This document shows, one piece after another, positions 1 through 11,754 of a DNA stretch of 64,000 bases. Below the pieces are notes generated by a model. The model searched no databases. It saw nothing but the letters and a program-made list of their open reading frames with translations, and was not told where the DNA came from. The translations under genes and the position numbers were made by a program. Numbering within the stretch: the stretch's first letter is position 1; every line of letters begins with the position of its first letter. This DNA is from Schizochytrium sp. TIO01 (lineage: Eukaryota > Protista > Bigyra: Labyrinthulomycetes): positions 930,001 to 994,000 of the forward strand of contig SMSO01000025.1 of NCBI GenBank assembly GCA_004764695.1, written 5' to 3'.

Positions 1-1404
1 ATTATCTCTAACCACATTCAAGAATGTCTTAATCTCCCTAAACTACAACATAAATCTATCTGTCCTGGAATTCATTCCCCAGGATAGCAGTTCGCTAACT
101 CGTAAATCAACCTTCTTAAAGCCTTCATCAAGCTTCTTGCGTTCATCTTCACAGTCAACCTCAAGCTAATCATAATTACCTTTCAACAAGTAGACCTAAT
201 AATCAGAAGACCCAGAGTACTTTACCCAAGTTCAACAGATCACTATCTAAGCGAAGACTCCTTAGCTTTCACTTTGACTCCGTGTTCAGACATATTTTCA
301 TCCTATTTCCCGCATCTTCACAAGTCAATAACACAACTAATGAGTATAAACTTTCAGTAAGTCCGAGACCATAAAAAATGGACTAAGCAACTATTGTTTT
401 GTTACTATGACGCCATGAGACGTACAAATTGTAATTACATATTCAAATGATGAAGTTGAATTCGGGGGTCTAAGTTTCAAATGAGCATTACCTCTTTAGT
501 TAATGCTGAGACCATTGATCGCAGGATCGTAGGGACCTTAACACACAATGATATATCATAAACTATTATGAATCGTATATGATAAGAACTAGACTGTCAG
601 ATTCAATGACGTGAGACCAAGCGGACTCGAAAGGTGAAAGTGCACTACATAGTCAGGTGAATATACGCTGAGATATTCAATTAAAGGGGGTGGGGGTCAA
701 GGAAAATATATCGCTAGAGTTCTCGGCGTCCCATTACAGACCATCAATAATTTAGGACTTGCATATGGCCAGAACTTGACAAATCAGATGCGTGGTTGTA
801 ACTCAAAGTAGCTGACAAGAGAACGTGGATATACGCATTCCAGGAGAGTAAAGTGTTGGATTGATGGTTGAATAGACAACTTAAACTAAGCTCTTCAGTT
901 GTATCTAGTATAGGTAAAGTCTGTCCTAGTTTCTTAAATAAAATACGAGTCCGTCTTTCTGAAAGTCCATTTCTAGAAACAGAGATCGCTAACTCATCAA
1001 GCCAAATTTCAGTTAGCCTTCCTAACTTTCTTAAGCCTCTTGCCTTCATTCTATAATTAATCTCTAATTGACCAGAATCGTCCTTCAGCAATGCGTAAGG
1101 GCAAAGCCTGAATTAATGATAGACAGAAGGTGTTCTACACTCTTTGTTGGTGTGTACTACAGATCAGGTCTGTCCTAGATTCTACTTGCAATGTAAAATA
1201 GTTCACCTTGGCATTCATCCCTTAGGTCAGTAGATCTCCAACTGTAGAACTGAAGTTTGTAACACCTTCTTGCTGAGATCTCCAAACGAAGGAACTAGTT
1301 AACAAGACATTGCTAGACTTCTAGGCATCCCTTTGTAAGATCCCATGAAAATAAAGTTAACAATAGAATAGCACTAGACAACTAGATCTACTTGGTTTAG
1401 AAGT

Positions 1405-1680
1405 TATTGAATCAAATTTTCAGCTATGTACCTAACCTCGCCGAACCTCGCCGAACCTAGCTCTCCTGTCCGACACCTCCTGTCTGACACCTCCTGTCTG
1501 ACACCTCCTGTCTGACACCTCCTGTCTGACACCTCCTGTCTATTGGACTGACATAATACATTCATTCTACCTGTATCCAGACCCGAATCCACAATAACTT
1601 ATCAACCATCCTCTTTCTCTTTCTCCTGAGTTCGCCATCCTTGTCAGCACTCTTCACAGCACAAGCTACTCTGCAATAGA
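1405..1680. repeat. Dispersed repeat, copy 1 (second copy at 28264-28464)
   Basis: ttggactgacat..acattcat..cctgtatccagacccgaa..catcctctttctctttctcctgagttcg.catccttg..cttcacagcacaagctactctgcaataga is shared with 28.3-28.46 kb in the same orientation. Confidence 0.9.
1463..1541. repeat. 14-bp minisatellite (CTCCTGTCTGACAC) x ~5.6
   Basis: Read directly from the sequence; the first unit has one mismatch. Confidence 0.95.
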
Positions 1681-4204
1681 AGTAAAAAACCAAAAGTGTG
1701 CATACACTTTCTTTCCTAGAAACAATGGTGGAACCTGAATTGATGGCTAAAGAGACAAGTTAACCTAACCTCATCAATTGTATCTTAAGCAGTTCAAGTA
1801 TGTTGTAGTCTCATAATTACGACATAAAGCAGTCTGCGTCGCAACTAGATTCCAAGAATAGCAGATCTAACTCATAATTTACAGATTATCATGCCTTCTA
1901 AAGTCCCCTTGGAGACTTCATCTACCCACTTGCCTTCACTTTCATAGTCAACCTCTAGCGGACCAGCATCATCTCTCAGCACTTCTTTAATATTGATCAT
2001 ACTCTCCAAGCATCTTGTCTTCATTTCCCCATCGACCTTTGGCCTAATCAGGAATTTAACTTTTAGCAGTTATGTGCAATTTAGAGTTGTCTTAGTCTCT
2101 TTAGTTTATGAAATAAATCAATTCACATTGAAGTTTAATTATTCAGGAGCCACAAATTCCTAATTCTAAAGCCTAAAATTAAAAAGAAACTATTCGAGGT
2201 TAATTTCGAAACTTCAAGCATCTTGGTTCCATCTTGCCGGTTAGCATCCATCTAATCTGGCTTCTTTTCAGTATTGACCATATTATAGTCGGAGTCCTAT
2301 CAAAAGACTGTGAACATTGGTAGGGCATTTTAGCTTTGATTTGAAACCGAGATAAAATAGTAATATCAATAAAACAACACAATATTCGCGTATAACAGAA
2401 AAAAAGGTACAATGCTCTTCAAGAGAGACTCACGAGCGGTCCCTCCCACTTATTCACCTCCAAATTTAGGTGAAAAATAACTTCTCAGTTCCATATAATC
2501 GACAAGATGGTGACGACCACCTTCAGGTTTTAATATTTGAAATGTGTATAAACTACATCACTCATACCATTCACAACCATATCAAAATTTTTAGATAAGG
2601 AATAGTTCGCTTAAGGTTACATTCTTCGTGCAACTATCTGTTTACTTAGCGATTCGCGCAGCCACGCCACTCGTATGCTCCATATTATAACTTGAAGTAG
2701 GAAGTGATGTGGGGAGTCATCTATTCTATTCAAGGCAGAGGAGGAGCATCCTCGATGGTCATAATTTTGACGTAAGAGAATAATACCCTCTTTTAGTCTG
2801 TGTATTTGAAGTGATGAATCAGTTCCATCCAAATGAGGTCACTTCAGAGATTTAAAAGATAAGGTGCTGCAAGTCTTCTTTCTTTGAGCAAATTAAAAAC
2901 AAATTAATCATAGGCATGGACCTGACAAACAAGAGAGACGAGGAGGTTCAGCCTTTACATACTAAGCAATTGTTACTTATAATATTATGCGCAGAATAGT
3001 TATTTTCTCTTAAGTTTGATTACAAGGTAGCAGAGCTTTATCTTCACTTGAGACTTGATGTTTTAAAAGTTGAAATTGTCTATTTGTATGATTAATGAGA
3101 ATAGCAGAACGGAACATAAGACTATCAGGTACCTACTAGACTACTTAACTACCTAAGCATATAATATGCGCTATGTCATTTCGTGATCGAGGGAGCGGCG
3201 ATTTCTACCCAAACTCCGAGATGCAGCTGACTAATTGTGTGTGTGCAGCAATCAGTTTTTGTTTCACTTCGTAAAAACAAATGTGAAATAGCTTATACTT
3301 GGATGTTCCTATCTGGCACAAGCACACAGACATAGACGAAAATTAGTGGTAAGAAGTCAGAAGTATTCTTCACAGACTGCCCCAGCGTATCAGCTACCTG
3401 TATCTCACCATCAGAACCTGTGAAGCTTGAGGTATAGTTGAGGTCGGACAGGGAAAACCACAGTACTTTTATCATGTGGGATTGGTTATATCGATGAATC
3501 GGCGTTCATTATAACTCGACATGAACATTTAAAAACCTTATATTTTTCAGATTGCATTATCTTGAAAGCTAGTAAAGTGTTAGAGTTAGAGCGATGGTTT
3601 GTGAGTTCTCTTATAGTTGCTTGAAAGATTCTAAAGGTAGGTGCTTTTCAATCTGTTGGTGGTGAGGTTTGGAAACCCATGCGAAAGCTAAAAGTTTCCT
3701 TTGTCATGGTGCCAAGGTAGTCACGGTAAAAACGCAGCGAATTGACTTGAGTTTTTCCGCAAGTAAAGTGATTGATAATAGTAAATTCTGACCAGTGCTA
3801 AAAGTATTAGGAGAAAAAAAAGACTGAGGCAACTCCATGTGGAGTCAGTCTTATTAAAGCTTCTTTACATATTTATTTTCACATGATTGTAGCTTGAGTT
3901 GTCAAGAAGTGAAAGGAGTATGCAGCCTGTGACTAGTGGAAGTTCTAGAGATCCTCGAACACTGCATAGGATTCCTGATAGGCCCTACCTACTAGTGTTT
4001 TTTTTTCTTTAAAATCCGAAAAAAATTCGCTGCTTAATATTAGTATAATGGTAAGTGCCCTGGATAGGGTGCCGCGACTGAAACACTATCGGATAACCCT
4101 AGGTAGTTGCTAGTAGGTACTGTCTCTAATGAGCTACTGCTTACTACTATCTATCGTGCGGTCATCCGCCAAAACAAAAACCCAAGATCTAGAAGACCTG
4201 AACA

Positions 4205-5373
4205 ATGCTATCCACCGTGAGCATGCGCGCCTCAATGATGTCCGCCACTCGCTTTGGCCGTATGGCTAGTGCGCGGGCGTTCTCTGCTTCAACCTCTAGC
4301 CAGGCAAGCCAGGGTCGCCGCGTTGGTATGGGAATGGCTGCCATGGGCGCTGTCGGCCTTTTTGGAGTTGCTGCCTCTGCCTCGCAGACTCAGACTGAGC
4401 AGGCTAAAGAGGAATCCAAGGCTGCCCTGTCCCCTAAGGAGTTCCGCAGCTTCAAGGTTCACTCTGTTGAGAGCCTGTCGCACAACACCAAATTTCTCCG
4501 TTTCGAGCTTCCCAGCGATAACCACGAGGCAGGTCTTTCTGTGGCAAGCTGTTTGATGGCTCGTGCTGAGGTTGATGGCAAGGCTGTTATGCGCCCTTAC
4601 ACCCCGGTCTCCACTCGTGATCAGAAGGGCTTCCTTGATCTGGTAAGTTATGCTTTGATTGTCTATGCGCGTGTTAAGATGAAGCACAAATTAAGACCCC
4701 TCGTCCTCTCCTGTACAACACGATGCAAGTTCGAACCCGCATTATGCGTACGACTTGGAGCTTTTACCAAGAAAAAATGATAACTAACCTTGAAGTTTTG
4801 TATCACTTCCGTTCAACCTATCCACAGATTGTGAAGGAGTACCCTGAGCCTGGTGGCGTTATGTCTCGCCACATTTGCTCCCTCAAGCCTGGTGATGAAC
4901 TTGAGATGAAGGGCCCCTTCCCGAAGATTGCTTACAAGAAGAACATGGTCAAGAAGATTGGCATGGTCGCTGGTGGTACTGGTATTACCCCGATGCTTCA
5001 GGTCATTCGCGAGGCTCTCAGTGACCCTGAGGACCAGACCGAGATTAGTCTTATCTTTGCCAACGTCTCTGAGAAGGACATCCTCTGTCGTGATGAGCTT
5101 GAAGCCCTTCAGTACCTCCACCCTTCTTTCAAGGTCTTCTACACTCTGGACAAGCCTCCCTCCAAGTGGAAGGGTGGTGAAGGTTTTGTCTCTGAGGAGA
5201 TGGTTCGCGAGCACCTTCCGAGCGCCAAGGATGATTGCCTCATCCTGGTCTGCGGCCCCAAGGGTCTCATGGACAGTGTATCCGGAAACAAGGCTTCCCG
5301 CACCGAGCAAGGTGAGGTAAGCGGAATCTGCAAGAAGCTTGGATTCACCAAGGAACAGGTGTACAAGTTTTAA
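4205..5373 (+). CDS. NADH-cytochrome b5 reductase, probably mitochondrial (MCR1/CBR2-like); exons 4205-4642 and 4828-5373, 327 aa
   Basis: FAD motif RPYTPVS, GxMS, NADH motif MVAGGTGITPMLQ, LVCGPKG. Arg/Ser/Ala-rich presequence followed by a hydrophobic segment. Phase-0 intron GTAAGT...CACAG at 4643-4827 joins FLDL|IVKEY. Confidence 0.95.
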
Positions 5374-6626
5374 GAAAATTAAATAAATTTTACAAAATAG
5401 GTTATACCTCTTTCATATATTTTAAACGACTCTATGGTGTACAGCTATTTGACAGAACCTATACAAGTTATCTTGTCTTATATGCACATAACTCCTTTGA
5501 TACATTCAAAGAAATAAACAAAGATTTTTTGTGCATATTTTTCTTTTATGTCGTTTAGGTTTCAGATAACAACAAGGATGAAGGACCTTCGAAACTTTAA
5601 GGATTGCCATTAGTTGTTGCCCAGCCTCGTCCTAAATTCGATTATTATCCGTATAGACTGGCATCACCTTCAAATCAAATGTTTGAAGGTAGAAAGTAAC
5701 AGTTGTATCATAAGTATCTCTGACTGGCTCTCTTTTTGTCTTTGCACTAAATGTCCTCTAAGAAGACATGTGCCATTAAATTAATTGATGAGTGGGGGGA
5801 TTTCTGAATTATAATTAAAAAAGAAAAAACAAAAAAACATATATATCCGTTGCCACTCCATACTTTTTCAAGCAACTATTGGTGGTATCAAGATTCTACT
5901 TAACATTTCAATCCTCAAATATACTGGGTAAAGGTAGTAGACAAACTTATGGAAACTGCTTTCACATTTTAAGTAGACCAATTTATAGCTGAGAATCAGA
6001 ATATAATCCATGAATTCTGCACGTGCACCTCAAAGACATCTAGTAAGCATGCTTAGTATATTGTCGTAGGTGTAGGTGTCTTGTGGTTCCACGTAGTAGG
6101 TAGTAAAACTTTCCTTTGAGAAGTTCTCGACAGTGAGTGTACTAGTGGCTTTATACAAGCACAGTGTCCGAAAGGTACAATAATAGATATGATGCAAGTG
6201 TTGAATCATAGGTAGCCGCGCATTGACCAGCAGTACCAAGGAGGGGCGTCGCGTGTTGTGCGAGAACGCATAGTAAAGGGCTGTCCAGGTTCAAGGCTAG
6301 CTAGAAGGCTTTAAGAACTCCCAAACGCTGTATTGCGCAGCCATTCTCCAACAGCATTTCTAGTAGCGCATCTCAACAGACAAGTGATTGTTGTTCGTGC
6401 TGAGGTCTTCTCTCAGCCTGAGTCCTTAGCTTGCTCGACTCTGATACATCTCCTGTTATTGACCCTCAAACGATTGGGTACATTAAAAGATAGATAACAT
6501 AAACACTACCCAAAAGGTCACAACGATCCACCAGAAAGTACTCTCGAAAGAGGCATTTTAGCTAGAAAAAAAAGTCTAGTAAGCATCTAGACTAGAGTTC
6601 GAAGTTTCCCCTCTTCGAGCCTCGAG

Positions 6627-8271
6627 ATGGACGGTAAGCATGACTTAACACATCAAACAGCAATGACTCTCATTAACCAAGAATCAAACTCAGATCTAGA
6701 CTGTGCTATCGAAAGTGGATACTTTGGTGAGTTAAATTCGCAACGTCAACAGTCTCATCAGGCAGTCTGAATCAGTCCCAATCGATACACTTGCTGCACC
6801 TCGCAAGGCAATCGTACTGAGAGAAATAGAAATTCAGAAAGCCAAAGTAAGAGAAAAGTTTGCGCTTCTTAAAGCACTTGAAGATGACGAAAACTCTCGT
6901 AAATTTCAAAGCCATCGCGAAAAGGGATTACCCTCAAAAAAGCGATATGCAGAACTAGATAATCTTCGTGTTGCTCTTGAATCATCGACAAATATAAACG
7001 AAAGTATCTTTCCCGACTGGCTGGCCCGACGTGAGGACTTTCAATGTGTCTTTCCACGCTTCTCGTCAAAACCAATCGAGATTGAGGATTTAGTTCTATT
7101 TGGGATGGAGAAAGAAGTCAAAACTCGCACAGGCATGGACATTGATACCGCAGTTCGTTTTCTACAAAAGTTTGATTCATTTAGAGATATGTCGCCAGAC
7201 TTTTGCCGAAACCTCACTAAAATAATGCATGTGTCACGCCATCGGCCAGGGGAAATTCTCTTCAAGCAAAATGAGGCGGCGAATATGGTCTACTTTGTTT
7301 TAAGAGGGATTGTGGAGCTACGAATGAGAGATGCTGCTAGATCTCAAAATAGTATAGTGCAACTTCAGCGAGGTGAATGTTGTGGGACAGAGGCTCTCAG
7401 CCACGACCTGGATAGAAGAAATAAAGCTGATGCATGCTGTGTTTCAGACGACGAGGGTAAGGTCACAGAGATTGTTGTGTTGGCATTGAGTGGGCAAGAT
7501 TTGAGAAGCACAACCAAGGTCTATCTACAGTCGCAGCATGCCAGGCTCAGTAGGTTTTTACAAACACAAGTACCTCTTTTTCGAGGATGGAGCAAACATA
7601 GAGTCAATCAAGTGGCTCCACTGTTAACTGAGCGTCGTTTTCGCCCTGGAGATATCGTACAACACACAGGGGATCTGGCAGCTGATCTCTATTTTGTTTA
7701 TGAAGGCGCATGCGATGCAGAGCGCGAGGTTTCTCGTACTCAGACCAATAGGTGGCCAAAGTCTTTATTACGAGTAGAATCTGCATGTACTTTAGAGCAC
7801 GAGCAGCGTGAAACCCGGATGGTCAAATCAGTCAAGCTTGCCGAACTGGGTCCAGGTGCATATTTTGGGGAAGAGTTTCTGATTGGCTATGTTAAGAAGC
7901 GTACAACAGTGACAGCAACGAAAATGACTACTCTCCTCTGTCTTCCGAAGGAACAATCTGCAGAGCTCTTCTCAACCCGGATGATCCAAGATATTCGACA
8001 GCGCCATGATGCATTATTCACAAGTGATGAGGAGATTTTGGCCGAACACGAGAGAGCCCAACGATTAGAGGGAGACTATGAACGGCTTAAGCGTGCCGCT
8101 TTTGGACCAGCTTATTTGCAACGTTCACGTAAATCTCACAACAAAGGTAAAAACCTTCGGAAAACCATACGGGTAACAAAATCCCTGCCTTTGCTTTCAA
8201 ATAACCCATACCCCCACCCGCAGCGGCGTGTTGGTTCACAGAGTTCTGCCAACTTGCTACCTGAAATATAA
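6627..8271 (+). CDS. Protein with two cyclic-nucleotide-binding (cNMP) domains; 5' end uncertain
   Basis: Two cNMP beta-rolls: GEILFKQNE..VYFVLRGIVE..GECCGTEAL and GDIVQHTGD..LYFVYEG..LGPGAYFGEE..RTTVTA. The frame of ORF 7105 is open back to 6736. ATG 6627 is in another frame and would join via a 1-nt indel near 6761 or a short intron (6727-6775). Confidence 0.8.
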
Positions 8272-8556
8272 ATGACCTTCGTATTCGGCCTACTCTTTGT
8301 CTTCTGAATTTTAACCTTTTTCTATTGAACATCATTCAAAAATATTTGTTTCATTTTAAAAAATAATATAATCCTTCTGATTACTGCGAGGTATCAAGCA
8401 AAGCTAGCAAACATAAAAGATATCTGCAGTTTCCTTAAAAGAGTCACGGTCGTGACAAGTATCAAACTGATTGACAAATTCAAAATATGTTTTCTTTCGA
8501 AAGATAATATTGCTCGAGCACCGGAGACAATGGTTTTCCTGCTATATACAAACACA

Positions 8557-10035
8557 CTAAATGGTCAAGGCAAGCCAAACACCTAGAACACTCACAATTC
8601 TCACTAACACAGATGAAGAATAAGATGGTGAGGTAGCTGAGGTCGAAAAGGTCGTCAATGAATCGGAGGTGGTGTTTGGTACATTGAGGAAACACACGTA
8701 AGGCTGATATCCTGACGTCTCATATGAAGTTTCGAACCTTTCAACAAATGTTGCTATGGAGCATGAGCTAAAAGTCAAGCTTTCTGATGCTGCACTCACT
8801 GATGCTGATGCTTGCATTATATAACCACTTGATGCACAGCCTTCAGTACCATCATGCTGAAATCCAAGTTGGTGTCCTATTTCATGTGCGGCTGTTTCGC
8901 CTCCAAATACCTCATAAGAAACTGTCTGTTGAGAAATTGAGCCTGCTATGCGTACGCAACACCCATTAACATTGCAATAATTATTTGCATTGTTCAATTC
9001 TTCGCATTGGGAGTCATCATCGCAGGCTCCTCCAACATATCCAAGACCAATGACAGAGCCTTCTAAGTCTCGTCCAGATAAAAGATGGGCTACATCATGC
9101 GAAGGTAAGGAGTCAATGTACTCGCGACGAAATTCGTTGAAGGCAACAAGGAGATCGCTCGAAGCATATGATCCATCTGACTGAGCTGTCAAGTCTAGTA
9201 AATTAGTCGTAAAAGTAATTTGTCCAGAAAGTGAAACACTAATGTCAACGCCACTCCAATTGGTATTACTGTAATGAGCTGCTATTTGGTTCACAATACG
9301 GATATTCGAGTCCGATAACTCATCTGTACTGTCGAACATACCGAGGCGGACTTCATCAGCCACAGCCAGAACCTCAATATAGAGTTTTTCACCCGAGGCG
9401 GGTGTTTCTCCAAGTGTTGCAGTTGTGCTGCGCGTAGATGATGAGCGAGTCGTAGGTGAGGATACCTTTGACGAGTTTACATATGTTTTGGTAGGCATCG
9501 GAAGAACATCATCACCCCTCGAAGAATTGCTCTGAAGTAGATGCCTCGCCAGTCCGTGGAGATCTCCAGCTTGGTGCCGAAATTCATACATCTCTCCTTC
9601 AATGGTCACGATGGAACCAACAATTTTATTCTTGCATGTGGACATTGCGACGACTGGATCCATGGGCTTTGTTCGAACACTGATGTAGTAACAATCACGC
9701 TCGACGATTGGGTCATCAACAACATGAAGCTGGCCATTCGCGTCCACCCACATTTCCTTGTACCCTGCGGGAAATAGATCGTCATTAGCTCGCATATCTA
9801 CTTCGATGATTACGTCGTCCGGTAGTCGAACAGCAATACTGCTTAAACGGCCGCGTTGCGAGGAGCCCAAGGCCCCATCGACTTGGTCTAATCGGCGACC
9901 TAAATCGTCAACAAAGCGCAACTCTGGGGGAGGAACCTTAGTAAACCCATTGTCCAAAGGCAAGGTACCATGGGTGGCCTCAGCAATCACAGCTTGAAAC
10001 AGTGCAAAGAGAGCTACTGCGAGCACATGAACCAT
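8557..10035 (-). CDS. Secreted or membrane-anchored reprolysin/ADAM-like (M12B) zinc metalloprotease
   Basis: Signal peptide; prodomain-like CYY...VAMSTC; YIEVLAVADE; HDVAHLLSGRD; VIGLGYVGGAC; zinc motif HEIGHQLGFQHD; Met-turn YIM; Ser/Thr stalk and hydrophobic C-terminus. Confidence 0.9.
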   Translation of the reverse strand: MVHVLAVALFALFQAVIAEATHGTLPLDNGFTKVPPPELRFVDDLGRRLDQVDGALGSSQRGRLSSIAVRLPDDVIIEVDMRANDDLFPAGYKEMWVDANGQLHVVDDPIVERDCYYISVRTKPMDPVVAMSTCKNKIVGSIVTIEGEMYEFRHQAGDLHGLARHLLQSNSSRGDDVLPMPTKTYVNSSKVSSPTTRSSSTRSTTATLGETPASGEKLYIEVLAVADEVRLGMFDSTDELSDSNIRIVNQIAAHYSNTNWSGVDISVSLSGQITFTTNLLDLTAQSDGSYASSDLLVAFNEFRREYIDSLPSHDVAHLLSGRDLEGSVIGLGYVGGACDDDSQCEELNNANNYCNVNGCCVRIAGSISQQTVSYEVFGGETAAHEIGHQLGFQHDGTEGCASSGYIMQASASVSAASESLTFSSCSIATFVERFETSYETSGYQPYVCFLNVPNTTSDSLTTFSTSATSPSYSSSVLVRIVSVLGVWLALTI

Positions 10036-11754
10036 CTTTGCGGTTCAAGTTGAGGTTCGTTGTTATGGTTTTATGCACGTGCGCCAAGAATTTGTGTGAA
10101 GGATGTCTTTATAGAAGAAAAAGAAAGTGAAAAAAAGTGCTATTACTTATCTTACTACCTCTTACTACCTACCTAGCTAATTTCTTTGTTCTTCTGGCAT
10201 TCTCATCTTTTAGACTATCTGAAGGAGGTCATATGAGAGTTGCGATCTACGAACTTACTAGGTCATAGGTAGTGTACCTACTATGATGTGAAAGAGGACA
10301 CCTATTCAAGAAAGTTTTTATCTTGCCTTAAAAAAATAATAATTAAATTAAAGAAGACAAATGCGAGACTATGTCAGAGACTACCTACTACTACTACGAG
10401 CGCGAAAGCTAACCTGATAAATTTGTTGCTGCCTTAGCTTGACACTAGCAATTGCTGCATCGGTCGGCAGTTTGCACAAGTCATAAACTGAATAGCTTTG
10501 ATTTTAGCGGTATAATTCACTTGTAAGTCTTAGTTCTTAGTTTGTTCGGCATCACTGTAAGGTGGGAGATGCACAACTCCTCACCCCAAAAAGCAAAAGG
10601 CTGCCTGACTTTTTACCCCCTTCAAGTTGTGTATTTTTATAAAAAACGAAACAAAATAAGTAAAAAGCTTTTGCGAAGTATTATTATCCAAAGCATACAA
10701 CATAAAAATTAAATAAAAAACAAAACATTTTGATAGAATTATAAAACACAATCTTAAAAACATTCCTACCTGGCTAGATAAGTACCTAGGTAGTATCTTA
10801 TGGTGGTGAGAGAAACCTATCTTGCACTTCTGGCTGAAACTATAAAATGGTGCACCAGAGTAGAATAGTAATTATCAGTTTTGTCTAAGTACTACTATAG
10901 CCCAACCCTGGCCCTGTTTAAGTGTGCAATTCTATGTCTTACACACAGATCCTCTAACTATAGGGTATGTTTGATGGGTGAAAATTGCAATGAACCTTAG
11001 GTAAGATCGTTATGTTTTATTCAATGTGTGTCTGACCACTTAAGCATATGTCTTCGTGTGACACTGCAGAACAGGGCTTTTTTGTATTATATTTAATGGT
11101 TTTACGGCTAATAACCCAGCGGTCGGTCAGATTCCTCTTTGTCATGACTCGAGGTCAGTGAACCCAAGCCACTGACAAACTGACAAGCGTACCGAGAACT
11201 ACTACCTAGACCACGCTGGATATTTTTGACGGTAGGAGACCGAGCGACAAGCACTTTGGTAAAAATCACAAATGAACATTGCGTATTGTCCGGCTGACTC
11301 TATATGGCCGGGCTTGGGTAATTGCTAAAAGCCAGCAAAACAACTTAGTAACAAGATAGGCAGGTACACAGTTGACAAAGAGTTTTATTTTATAATTTTC
11401 TCTTTTAAAGCTTTAATTAAAATGAAAAAGAAAAGAGTATAAAAGAGTATAAAAGAGTATAAAACCACATAGTTGCAGTTTCTATTCGAATTCGCCTACT
11501 TTTTGCCAAGATCTACCAATCCTTCTGACGATTTTACGATGCACATCTTAGGAAGTCGATTTATGGTTTCCCTTTAGCGGGGAATAAGGACCGTTCTATG
11601 AGGTCTAAGTTCTATAATTCTGTTTTAGATAAGACTTTTGTGAAAGGCAAATTTAGTGGACCATTGTTTTATGTCAAAAAATTTGGTTGCGAACCAAGGC
11701 TTGGTCAGGTTGGAAAGTTTAGGTAGCTAGCTACCTGCCTACTGACTTGCAGTG

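Larger units (their letters stand above)
1..2050 (-). pseudogene. Degenerate, internally repeated coding-like sequence (at least 3 diverged copies about 0.9 kb apart), family unknown
   Basis: Related blocks at ~123-190, ~1026-1092 and ~1916-1983 translate on the minus strand as LLKGNYD*LEVDCEDERKKLDE, LLKDDSGQLEINY and VLRDDAGPLEVDYESEGKWVDE. A second shared block lies at ~861-910 (DTTEELSLSCLFNHQ) and ~1741-1790 (DTIDEVRLTCLFSHQ). Many stops and frameshifts. Confidence 0.55.
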
